Shown here one piece after another: positions 51,354-61,956 of a DNA stretch of 64,000 bases. The notes under the pieces were generated by a model. The model saw nothing but the letters and a program-made list of their open reading frames with translations, did not search any database and was not told where the DNA came from. The stretch covers positions 868,001 to 932,000 of the forward strand of contig ML978128.1 of NCBI GenBank assembly GCA_010015805.1, read 5' to 3'. The DNA is from Rhizodiscina lignyota (lineage: Eukaryota). The stretch's first letter is position 1, and each line of letters begins with the position of its first letter. Position numbers and translations under genes: made by a program.

Positions 51354-52758
51354 TCAGTAGCCTCTCCTCCGGTTCACGACGTTAACCAATGGCTCTCCTT
51401 TCTGCCTCTTTTCCAAATTCAACTCCAAGACCCCAAAAGCACGCTCAATATACGAGCTGGCATTTCCACTGACATGCGGCGTCACAATCGTGTTTGGCGC
51501 ACTCCACAACGGATCATCATCCGGCAATGGCTCAGGATCGGTCACATCAACTGCTGCTCCCCGGATCAAACCCTTCTCCAAAGCCGCGATCATCGCTGGC
51601 TGATCGATAATGGCACCGCGGGAGATGTTCGAGATGAATGTATGCTTGCGGGAGAGGATCTCAAACTCTGGTGTGCTGATCATATGTCTCGTGTCATCCC
51701 TTAGGACAGTGTAAGCTTCATCCGGAACAGAGACCGATCTTACTCACGTGAGCGGCAGCGTCAGTACAAGGATGTCTATATCTTGCTTCAAGAATTCATG
51801 TAGGTCCTCCTTTCCCAGGCCGCTGTACCACTTGGATGGGATTTCTCCATCCGGATCGCCCGTTCCTGGGACAATGTACCCGTTGTCTGCACGCTTTTCC
51901 GGCGTATCTTTCGGCGTGGCAGTGTACGCAATCACGTCCATGCCCAATGCCTTCGCCAAACGAGCAACTGGAGAAGTGTCAGTGGCGAAAACCGAATGCT
52001 GTTACTACATACCCTGCCGTCCAATACTGCCATAGCCGAGGACACCTAGTCGCTGCTTGACGAGATCATGAACCACGTATCGACGGCCCTCCTCTTTCCA
52101 CTTATGCTCCTTTTGGCGTTCATAGAGATTGTAGAGGTTGTGGCTGTGTGCCAATGCTGTTCCGATGACCCATTCTGCTATCTGGGGACCATGGACGCCG
52201 GAGCTGTGGTTTGGTGTCAGCAATATGCTTAAAATGTATTGTAACGTTGCTTGCAACGGGACCGTAGCTCGTGGCCCCACAGCAATTGTAGAGTGGAAAT
52301 GAAATGGCCTAACTCCGAAGCTCCACCTGGGCATTCAACTTTGACGAAATGGTAAATGACAGAAACGCGGAATTTATACTGCATATAATTCCGACGAACG
52401 ACAGCTACGAGACACTCTGAATTGAATTGGCGTACCTGGTTGTCAACGTGATATCGGTATCTTTGTATATGGGGTGATCGACCACATGATTTGTCCCTGC
52501 AGAGAAGAAGTGAATCCAGTCAAGACTCGGTGCATCTTCTGGTGTTGGCGGAAGCGAGAAGAATGTTACAAGTATCGTCTTGTCTTTGAATATTGAGATT
52601 GGGAGATTCTTGGAATCCTTGAAGGTGAAATCGGGTGCTGGTGAGACGAACGTGATCTCGATATCCGGGAACTTTTTCTCAAGATGCTTAATGATCTCAG
52701 TAGGTTCTTTGCCAGGGATGGCGACAAGAATCTTGTCTTTGAGCGGACCGCCTCCCAT
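51354..52758 (-). CDS. D-isomer-specific 2-hydroxyacid dehydrogenase
   Basis: FSAGTNH, SGVHGPQIAEW, LGYGSIGRQ, NISRG, DVTDPEPLP, TPHVSG motifs; three introns, the first 232 nt (52204-52435). Confidence 0.92.
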
Positions 52759-53503
52759 TGTTGGAGTAAGATGGTGAAGATGGTGAGACGGTGCCCCTCT
52801 GGCGATGCTCATAAAACGGGGAGTTGACGTGATTACGATAGGCGAAGAGACAACCTGCAGGAACCCACACAACTTCTGACAGCTGAAATGAATGCCAAGA
52901 TAACTGACCAAAATTGGGGGAAGGATAAATATTGTCGCGGAACAAAGGATTTGATAAATACGCTCGCCGATTACCTATATCTTAGCAGGTTCTGTATTGG
53001 TTTCACGTCTCGCGCTCCGCGGCGCTAACCCCGAGAGCCGGCTTTAGGCGTTGCTTGATTACTCCGCAAAGGGATGTGTATATGGCTCCCCGGATTACTT
53101 ATTGATGCCTTCCCTCCCTCTTTATGGAGCTGAGCTGCCCACAAGACGCCGCCAAAAAAATGCAAATGCACCTTCACGCCCTCTGGTCAACAGGGATTCC
53201 TCGGGAGATTGATCATTGTCCCTTTGTCACAGTTCCTAGTGTCGTTCAATGTCATGACCGCATCATCGGATAATGGACCCTTCGACATCTGCATTTTGAG
53301 TCTCGAGGCGTAATAGATCTTCAAAAAGGATCCTAGATTCTGTAACTTCGACATCATGACTCTTATTTCAGAAGATATTCTCAGGCGGTAGAATACTATA
53401 TTAGCAATCGTAGGTTTGTGAGCTTCATGTTTTCCTTAAAGGTCTTTTTATGAATCAATTCATCAATCTCCTTCACAAACTCCCAGGACTGGAAACTTGC
53501 AAA

Positions 53504-54556
53504 ATGGATACTGTGAAATCGAAAATTGATACCGTAAAGTCGACTTTTGCCGAGAACGTCACCGGAAGCCATAAACTGGCCTCGAAAGATGACCGATTTT
53601 CGCTCGACGCCGTACCCGACCAATCCGGAAAGGTTGCAGTCGTCACTGGTGGATCAGAGGGAATTGGTTACGGCTGTGTCCACACGTTGATCCGGAAGAA
53701 TATTTCAAAGACCTTTATCCTGTCGCCTTCGAAAGAGGTTGCTGAGAGTGCCCTCAAAGACCTGAAGGAAAACTTTGGCGATGACAAAGCCAGCCGTGTA
53801 ACATGGAAACAGTGCGATCTCACCGATTGGAAAGCTGTCGCAGACCTCGCGTTCGAGATCCGGAAAGAGACCGACAGACTAGATGTTTTGATCAACAATG
53901 CCGCTCGAGGCATCATGTCGGCGCAGCGCACAGAATATGGTGTGGATCGCCATATGGCGCTTAACCATATGGCACATGTCATTTTGACTTCGCATCTGCT
54001 TCCACTGCTGAAAAAGACTGCATCCGAGCACAATACGAAAGTCCGCATCGTCAATCTCGCGTCCAACGCCCATCAACAAGCACCGCCAGATACCAAGTTC
54101 GCCAACCTGGAAGAGCTGAACAAGGACTACGGCCCAATGCCACAGTACGGTCGTGCCAAACTCACCGGCATCCTCTACGCCAAATACCTAGCTCGCCACT
54201 TGACATCGCAGCATCCTAATATCCTGGCCAATGCGACGCATCCAGGCTTTGTAGAGACGAAAATGAGCAGCAAGGATATCCATGAGCCGTGGCCGATTGC
54301 AGGGTACGCGATGAGCGTGGGCATGGTGCCGCTGAAGAAGGATCTTTTCGAAGGCGCCGTGAGCACCATGTTTGCTGCGACCGCGGCGGAACAGAGCGGG
54401 CAGTATATCTGTCCGCCTGCGATTGTAGAGAGTGGGAATGACCTCGCCAACAATGAGGAGCTGGAGGAGAATCTAATGAAGTTAACGCGGGAAGTGATTG
54501 AGGAGAAGACGAAAGGGCATAGCAGTGAGAAGGGGTGTCCTTTCAAAGATTTCTGA
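53504..54556 (+). CDS. Short-chain dehydrogenase/reductase (retinol dehydrogenase-like)
   Basis: TGGSEGIG, NNAA, YGRAK and HPGFV motifs; intronless. An upstream in-frame ATG at 53450 is also possible. Confidence 0.92.
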   Translation: MDTVKSKIDTVKSTFAENVTGSHKLASKDDRFSLDAVPDQSGKVAVVTGGSEGIGYGCVHTLIRKNISKTFILSPSKEVAESALKDLKENFGDDKASRVTWKQCDLTDWKAVADLAFEIRKETDRLDVLINNAARGIMSAQRTEYGVDRHMALNHMAHVILTSHLLPLLKKTASEHNTKVRIVNLASNAHQQAPPDTKFANLEELNKDYGPMPQYGRAKLTGILYAKYLARHLTSQHPNILANATHPGFVETKMSSKDIHEPWPIAGYAMSVGMVPLKKDLFEGAVSTMFAATAAEQSGQYICPPAIVESGNDLANNEELEENLMKLTREVIEEKTKGHSSEKGCPFKDF

Positions 54557-55391
54557 TCGTTATTTAAGTACTTGAAGAGAAAACGTACTTGCGACACATT
54601 CAGACGCCGATTAGAGATACTATCAGAACGTTGTTTCTCAGCTCCTTATACCGAATATTACTTGCATAATGGGCTTCCGTCGCGAATCTGCAACTCTTCA
54701 AGATGCACGAGCGCAGGGAAGACAGTTACAGCAGCCCGACGGAAGGAAGATAAAGGATAATAGCTACAGCTATAAGTTCTAGTAATAACATCATAACCGC
54801 TATCGCTTCTTAAAGCTTTACATTTACTAGGGTTAGTTTTACTGAAGTATCACTCTAATCGAGTACTATATATAGCGGGAGAGACTATGGTTTGTATGGC
54901 AGAGAGGACAGCTAGATTGTTTTGGTTCGGAAACCGCGCGATTTTCTGTGATAAGAGGGATTGAGTCAGGCATACAACTTGATAGGATAAGATTGGATCT
55001 AGAAATTAATATGAAACCACTTGAAAGAGCGAAAGCCCTTCCTCCCTTGTGCCTAATTTTATTGAGTCCGCCCTCAAGGAAGCCTACGGTAGTGACAAGA
55101 CCATCTCGGACATCTCTTACGCAATGTCAATACATTGGAACGCCAACGCCAGCGTACGAGATGCAGCATAACAGCGGCAGCAATACACCAGATGCAAGAC
55201 GATAGCAGCATTAGAATAGCAGGCTCCAGAGCTTCCTCCCTCATCTGCTCAAAGCGTCGACTCTCGAGACACCATGGCCTTTTCCTGATCATCTTCCCAC
55301 CACCTTCCTCCGCCAGCAACTGGCTCAAACTCCCCCAGCGACGAGCGAGCTCCACCTCAATCCATCTGTAGTAGTTGCATTGAGCAATCGG

Positions 55392-56966
55392 CTACCAAAT
55401 GTATACAGGATTCCCTTGATCTGCATATTATGAGAGACTCGGTCTGGTTTGCAGGTTTACACGCACTTACCGTTGAGACCAATGGAGTAGTGTCGCTGGA
55501 ATGTCCTGCTAAAATACCTGTCGTTGCCGGCCCACTGACCATCAGCGTGATCATGCAGCTCTTGAGTCTTTTCTGCTCGTAGCCTTTCTCGCAATGCGGC
55601 ATCATCTTCCGGAGCTTGATATTTGTTAGACTTGAACCGTAGAAAAGTGTCTTGCTGAGAATATACTTGTCTTAATTCTTGGAAAGTCAATACTAAGAAA
55701 AAAACGATTCCGGGGTAACACTTTATTCTCTTTGAGAAATGGTTGTCCGAGAATGGCATCCGCGACTTGGTTTTTAACAACGTAGAAAGTTTCGTGGAAG
55801 TACTTTGGCCAACCTTTTATGCGAAACTGTAATCGTATCTTTCCGCAAGATGCAAATTGCATGCCCCCAGCAGCATCAAATATTTCAACGCCCTGTGAAC
55901 AATATGATTCGAAGCCAAGTGACCTGACCTTCGTTAGAGAAATCAAGTTCCCCGGCACCGCTTGCGTGTCAAGCAGAGCCCGAAGGTAAACTTCGTCGTC
56001 GCTCTTGTCCCGGATGATCATGTCCACTTCAAAATCTTCGTCATTTGAGCTGGAGGTTGATGTTGCTGCCGTGTTCAGCTCACCGCTGTCCTCTTCTTCC
56101 CTTGGGGCAAAGCCGTATTGCACAATTGCGTTGCGAAATCGATTCTGATCTTCAGCTAACTTTCCGAATTCACATACCGGAACGTTGTACTCAATCGTGT
56201 ACATACTGTGAAAGTCGATGTAGGCAAGGGAATGTAGGGAGGAGTCACGCTTGCGTCCTTCGACTCGAATTGGGGGTAGCAAAGGTGTGCCCAGTCCGGT
56301 GAGCTGCACCTCGGGTGCCTTGCGACCTGTGTATACCCTTGCATATCGACAATTTTGGGCTTCGGATACAGGTAATGCTGAAGCTGTGTGGAAAAGGATC
56401 GGTCTGCATATAGAGGCTCCAATTAAAGTGTGTCCGTTACAATCTGAAGGCGGAGGTGGTTGAGAACTCGACTTACAGGCAATACACAAAATCATGTTCC
56501 TGCTTCCACGCTACGAAGTAATGGATGCGAACTTGCTGTGCGTTCGGTAGATCGCGTGGTTTAAACGATGCGAAAATCTCGAGGGAGGTTTAGAATAGCT
56601 CTGATCTAATACGATTGTGTCACTGACCTTCCCAGGTTTGAAAAATGCCCGGTCTTTTTTGCGAAAGCGATCATCTCTCGTTCGAGATGGGCTTCTGGAG
56701 CTGGAGATAATGCCACCGACAATTTCGCTTTGGGGTATATTGTTCGCTGCATCAGCCTGGTCAGAATCATCGTCCTTGTCATCCTCATTGAGCGTTGACC
56801 GAGTCCCTTGAGGGTTCCCCTACTCTGGAGAACATGGGTCGTAGGAATGGTTACTTGTATTGTGCAATCTTGTTCCATCCTCAAGAACCCACGCCTTCTC
56901 ATCTGCGGACCAAAAGCGATTCTGCTCATAGCAGCCGTCCCATACGGCCTCTCCCCATCGAGACAT
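55392..56966 (-). pseudogene. DUF6590-like domain + retropepsin-like aspartic protease fusion; in-frame TAG at 56822-56820 (pseudogene, null allele or readthrough)
   Basis: CACC-ATG at 56966. Domain 1: DDRFRKKDRAFFKPGK|IF...YFVAWK...YCL|PIL...PPIRV...AYIDFHSMYTIEYNVPVCEFGKL. Domain 2: RALLDTQA..NLIS...ETFYVV...DAILGQPFL. Predicted introns 56578-56627, 56404-56476, 55615-55666, 55421-55470. Confidence 0.7.
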
Positions 56967-57352
56967 GGTGTGCAAGCCTTTGAAACGTTATGCGAGCGGC
57001 AGCGGAAATAAATGAGGCTTCAAGGGACAGTAGTTTCACTGTGTGAAGGTGATATTCAACGTTCTGGAGATCCAACGTTCTGGAGTTGCTTCAAAGAACA
57101 AGAGCATTAAGGAAAGATACTGCGACAAAGGTGAAGTAGTAGCAGGCTTGGGCAGCCTAATTGCTTCGACTCTGCAACCCCGCACAAGGCTGAGGGCTCT
57201 GATAGAGACCAGGTACTGTACTTTAGACATTCCTCATCTCGGCCACATACAATTTATCATTGTTGTGCTCGACGCTGAACATTTTACAACTTGCTGCAGC
57301 ATCCAGGTGATTACCTAGTTTGCAGAAGGATCGACAAACACTTACAGCAACT

Positions 57353-58362
57353 ATGTCTGGCTGCGAACCTAGTTATGTTGGACTTGCCAAGTTCTTTGGC
57401 CTTGCTGACGGGCTGGCAATCTTCAGACGGTTCAAGGAACTGAATACACGCAACTTGCTATACCTCCAAGCCGAGCTCATTCATCTGGAGCAGAAGCTGT
57501 ACACTCATTCGAGCCAAGATTCGACCTCTTCTGACCCAAACTGCCGGCAGTACTCTACATATGCATTGCGGTTGATTATGTCTCCAAACTCTCCAGGCAG
57601 CACTGATGGTGCACAGTGGCAGACAATCCTTGACATCAGAGAGAAGTTGAAGGAATATAGTAAGTGTAGCAAATGATGAACGGTATCTCCACTCAAATCA
57701 CTAGATGTGGCTTTGTTACACCAAGCCGAGCTCCACTCCTTACCTCGTCCTACCCCGTATGATCTTGAACTGGTCCAACGTTGGCTGAAGCATCCAGAAG
57801 GGGGAAAAGACTTTCTCAAAGGCTTTGAGAGTGATACCTGGCAGAATGAAAATGCGACCGATCTTGTCACAGTCTCTTCAGGACGTAATTGGGATCCTTT
57901 CCTCAAATGGGTGGCAGAGCGTCTGGTTCCGTTCCTTTATCATCGCGGTTGCTTTCGTTGGAAGGTCCGTAATAACATGCACAACTGCTATGATCATCTC
58001 CATTTAACTGGTCTGCCTAGAAACCATTGGTCGGCCACGAGGAACTCGGCATCGTCCAATGGAAAGATTCTCGTTACTCCATGGCAGCCCGCATGCTTGG
58101 AGCTGCGGCAGCGACAATTCTTCTGATTGTCTCCGTTCTGACTCTGTATTTCATTCGTAAGCTCATCAATAGACTCTTTGCTGTGATGGGGTTTTCGGTA
58201 GCTTTCTCCATGGCACTTACGTTCTTCACAACGGCAAAACCTATCGAAATATTTGCGGCAGGGGCAGCGTAAGTTCTGTGGAGTTCGCCATCGTCCAGTA
58301 GAGCTGATCATGCTAGTTTCGCTTCGGTCCAAGTTGTTTTCATTGGTAACACGCAGGCTTGA
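57353..58362 (+). CDS. DUF6594-like protein with C-terminal transmembrane helices
   Basis: AIFRRFKELNTRNLLYLQAELIHLEQKL, IREKLKEYNVAL, DLV, TM helices and EIFAAGAAFASVQVVFIG. Clean GT-AG introns 57660-57704, 57965-58020, 58269-58316. Confidence 0.85.
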
Positions 58363-59882
58363 AGCGCACATCGAGTTTGTTAAGTTAGCGCTATATCAGC
58401 AAATTATCAACACGGTAATAGATGAGCTTCATCGGGTTCGCCATGGCTCCCGCATGGCCCTAGGTGGCAAATTCCGAAGCGTCCAATCTTTTCCTGACGG
58501 TTAAAGAGTCTATATCGGGCAAAGTTAAATAAAACGTATGGTGATCTGCCAGGGAATTGTTGCGGCTTTGCTACACACCATATCAAGAATTGCATCAATT
58601 ATTGATATGGTATGATCCTTCCGGTGCAATTGTATGTTCGGATGCCTTTTGGAAAAGAAACGAGATTGGCGGAGCCTGTCGCTTGCTTGAAATTACTCCT
58701 ACTGATCTGAACCGCCTTGTCATAGTATATCAGCCAATCAAGTCACTATCGACACCGAGCGGCCTCGAATGCTGGAGCAGACCCACCACACGAGTGCCGC
58801 ATTTTGATGAGGCCGCCCTGTAGATTGACAGCTAATCGGTGAACATCATTGGGCGAGCGTACGACCAAAGAGAGCGGCGCCTGACTCCAAGGGCAGAGAG
58901 AAGCACGTTGACTTTCCAAAATTGGGTTGTCGTGGAGGGTGGATGCTCTCAGCTCATAATGCCCCCTGCAGCAGTACACAAAGGCGGCATCCAATAGTGG
59001 CTTTACGACTTCCAGCAACTGTGGGACAAGGTGCTTCTTTCGAACACGTTTCAGCTCCCCCAATACCAAGCGGAACGGCATGCGATTACCGAGATCGTCC
59101 CATCTGGATGGTCGGGAGTGATGAGCGGATAGACATTTACACTCTGAAGCACAAGGCCAAGAAACAGTTGATGAACCAACACCAAGTTCCGACTTCATTG
59201 ATTAATCTAGAAGGTGAAAATGGACTATATGGACGGAAATAGCGCCCAGCAGGCGATGAGAATGTCCTTTCGTTGGTTGACATCGGGAACGAGATTGGAC
59301 TCCTTAGACCTCGAGATCAAGCCAAGGCTGGGCTCTGCGATTTCTTGGCATTCACGAGATCGCCGAAAAGGGCAAGGTGCCACTACCGGTACGCATACCT
59401 AGCTCCGAAATCACCACCTTGCACACCAAGGTCCTCGCCCTAAGAATCGAGCTCAACGAATTGCAAGCCAGCGAGCACGGTGACTTTGACGAGCCCTCCT
59501 ACGATCGCGACCTCTACCAAGCAGGACCTATTACAGGTACTTAAGCATACAGCACCAAAAGCCTATCACCACTTCATATTTAGGACGCAGGCCAACCACA
59601 AGCTCTTTTCGGTATTTATGAAGGAACACAGGCACAGAGGTGAAGTAGGAAAGGTTATGAAGTCATATAGGGCAAGAGTCATCTGTTTTGAAAGGGAAAG
59701 GCACTGTGGAAAGCTCATATCAGATAAGGAATTACTGAATGCATAATGAGACTTTCAAGGTCTATCCTTTTGCGCATATTCACAAGCATTTAACTAGCTT
59801 CATATATCACTTTGTATAGTTAGTCAACTACGATAGTTACCCCCACGTGGGCCAGCCATGGCCTAAAATGGTGAATGAAAAT

Positions 59883-59900
59883 TCCTCCTCCTCCTCCTCC
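59883..59900. repeat. (TCC)6 microsatellite
   Basis: Read directly from the sequence. Confidence 0.85.
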
Positions 59901-60180
59901 CAGGCTCCTCGAAGGCTGGATCTCTACACCGTACGCATCCCCTGGACAACGACATGGAGAGGGCCCAGCTGGGCTCGCACTCGCTTAAAGCTTCTGCGCG
60001 TGGTAGGTAATCGTCAGGACACTCACCCGCTTCTTGTTCGAGAACTCGATGCCTTCGAGCTGAGTGATTTTGTTCCTGTTACCAGTTTACAAGCCCCCGG
60101 AGTGGCAATGTCTTGGAGAAGAGATGCTCTCCGCACATCTTAAGTATGTTCTGTTGTATTCATACAATCTACTTCGACAA

Positions 60181-61956
60181 CTAGTTCCCGGCCTCATCAC
60201 TTTTCCCGAAACAAGGGAACTTCTCTTTCGAGTCCGAGACCTTAAACCCGATACATTTCCAGCAGCTAAGCAATCCATCCGGATCATACCGCTTCTTGAT
60301 CTCCAAGAGCCTCATGTAGCTGCTCTCACCCCACCAGTCTTGCTGCCAGTCCACAGTCCACGGGAATGCTTCGTTCATGTAGGCTCCGCTATCTGGAGCT
60401 AGCTCTTTCGCTTTCTCCATCAGCGAGTTCTGGGACGCAATGGCCTTCTGTTTCTCCTCCACAGTACTATTCCACGGCCAAACCCCTGGCCAACTGAGCT
60501 CCCAGATCGAATTGCGCCATGACGGCGTGATGGAAGTATCGTTGCCAAAGCTCTTCCCTTCCCGGGAGGAGAGGTAGTAAGGCGTGTCCATCGGTATGTA
60601 CGGCAGAGCGCCCTGGGCAACGATTTCGCCGAGGAAGTCCATGAGTTTAGCCCGTCCTTCTGTTGTCTCGAATAGAGATGCAGGCATGAACCGAGCGGCA
60701 ATAATCAGGCCTTGTCCAACGGAAGCCGTGTTTGGCACGACATATTTCTGGTAGAAAGCGTTCCATGATGGGAGCATCTCGATGACCACCGTGCCGTTTT
60801 GGGACTTTACGAACTCCGTGGCAGGTCCCATCGACTTCTCTGCTTCTTCCAGCGAGAGTAAGGGGTTAACATGGATCAGATTTGTTGTCATGAATTGGAT
60901 GTGTCCGCCCCATCCTTCCTTCGCCCAACGCAACGAATTGTTAACGCACATGTTGAGAAACGGGAGGACGTTCGACATATCCGGCGCAATAGGATAACTC
61001 ATCGACGCAACCGCAAGTGGGATAACGGGTTCCACCTTGTGTGTACTTTCGATCACGACGCCGAAGGTCCCACCTCCGCCGCCTCGTAGCGCCCAAAACA
61101 AGTCCGGGTTTTGGCATTCATTGGTCGTGCGAAGGACGCCATCTGGCGTGACTATTTTGTATTGTAATACGCGGTCGACACCAAGGCCGTAAACAGGGGA
61201 CAAGACGGAGTGGCCGCCCCCCTGTGTAAACCCTCCGGAGACGCCGATAGTCGATCCGTATCCACCGATATAAGTGACTTTGTGTTTGTCAGCGAAGGTG
61301 TATGCCTCGCCCATTGTGACTCCAGCGCCGACTGTCATTGCCACTGTCGCCTGCTTATAGGTGTGCCCACAGCTATCGGGAACGAACGCATCCGTTAGCG
61401 AAATATCCTGGAGCCAACGCATCCAGAGCGCTAGTGAACCCTTCAAGCTGTTACGGGTCAAATAGTCGTGCCCAGTCGCCTTGATGGACAGCCTGGTCCC
61501 AGTTCTGCGCGAGAATTCGAATGCCGCTCGTATATCTTCCGCCGTCTTGATGGCAACGTAGTATGGAGAGACGCTCCCCTGGTTGCAGGACACATCTGTG
61601 TATGCGAGGGGATCGAGAGGATTCATGCTATCCAGAAGGCATTGATTCGAAGCATTCGAAGCGCATATTTCGTCTTGAGAGTTCATGAATCCGGCATAGA
61701 GATCTATCCGTATGTCTGCATCCGTATAGTTCTTCTGCAGCGCGGCACATGATGCAGGATCACGATCGTGTGGATGTCCTTCGTAAAATGAAAAGCAAGG
61801 CAATGCGAGTGGAGTGCCACGGAAAAGGCGTCCACCGACAGTCTGATTCAATTGCTGCCAGTTGTCATTCGGTCTTTGAGCATTTTTGCACAAGACGAAA
61901 GGAAGGAGACAGAGTAGATAGAAGAACAGAGAACCCATGAAGTTGACGCCGAACAT
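60181..61956 (-). CDS. Secreted FAD-linked oxidoreductase, berberine bridge enzyme/VAO family (isoamyl alcohol oxidase-like)
   Basis: Signal peptide (LFFYLLCLLPFVLC), IKATGHDY flavinylation His, GGGHS, WALRGGGGGTFG, GAYMNE...KKRYDP. Intronless; the start could be 61956 or 61938. Confidence 0.92.
   Translation of the reverse strand: MFGVNFMGSLFFYLLCLLPFVLCKNAQRPNDNWQQLNQTVGGRLFRGTPLALPCFSFYEGHPHDRDPASCAALQKNYTDADIRIDLYAGFMNSQDEICASNASNQCLLDSMNPLDPLAYTDVSCNQGSVSPYYVAIKTAEDIRAAFEFSRRTGTRLSIKATGHDYLTRNSLKGSLALWMRWLQDISLTDAFVPDSCGHTYKQATVAMTVGAGVTMGEAYTFADKHKVTYIGGYGSTIGVSGGFTQGGGHSVLSPVYGLGVDRVLQYKIVTPDGVLRTTNECQNPDLFWALRGGGGGTFGVVIESTHKVEPVIPLAVASMSYPIAPDMSNVLPFLNMCVNNSLRWAKEGWGGHIQFMTTNLIHVNPLLSLEEAEKSMGPATEFVKSQNGTVVIEMLPSWNAFYQKYVVPNTASVGQGLIIAARFMPASLFETTEGRAKLMDFLGEIVAQGALPYIPMDTPYYLSSREGKSFGNDTSITPSWRNSIWELSWPGVWPWNSTVEEKQKAIASQNSLMEKAKELAPDSGAYMNEAFPWTVDWQQDWWGESSYMRLLEIKKRYDPDGLLSCWKCIGFKVSDSKEKFPCFGKSDEAGN

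Noticed and set aside
55720..56030. Retropepsin as evidence of an LTR retrotransposon
   Set aside because: No gag, RT, RNase H, integrase or LTRs; the domain sits in an intron-containing cellular gene.
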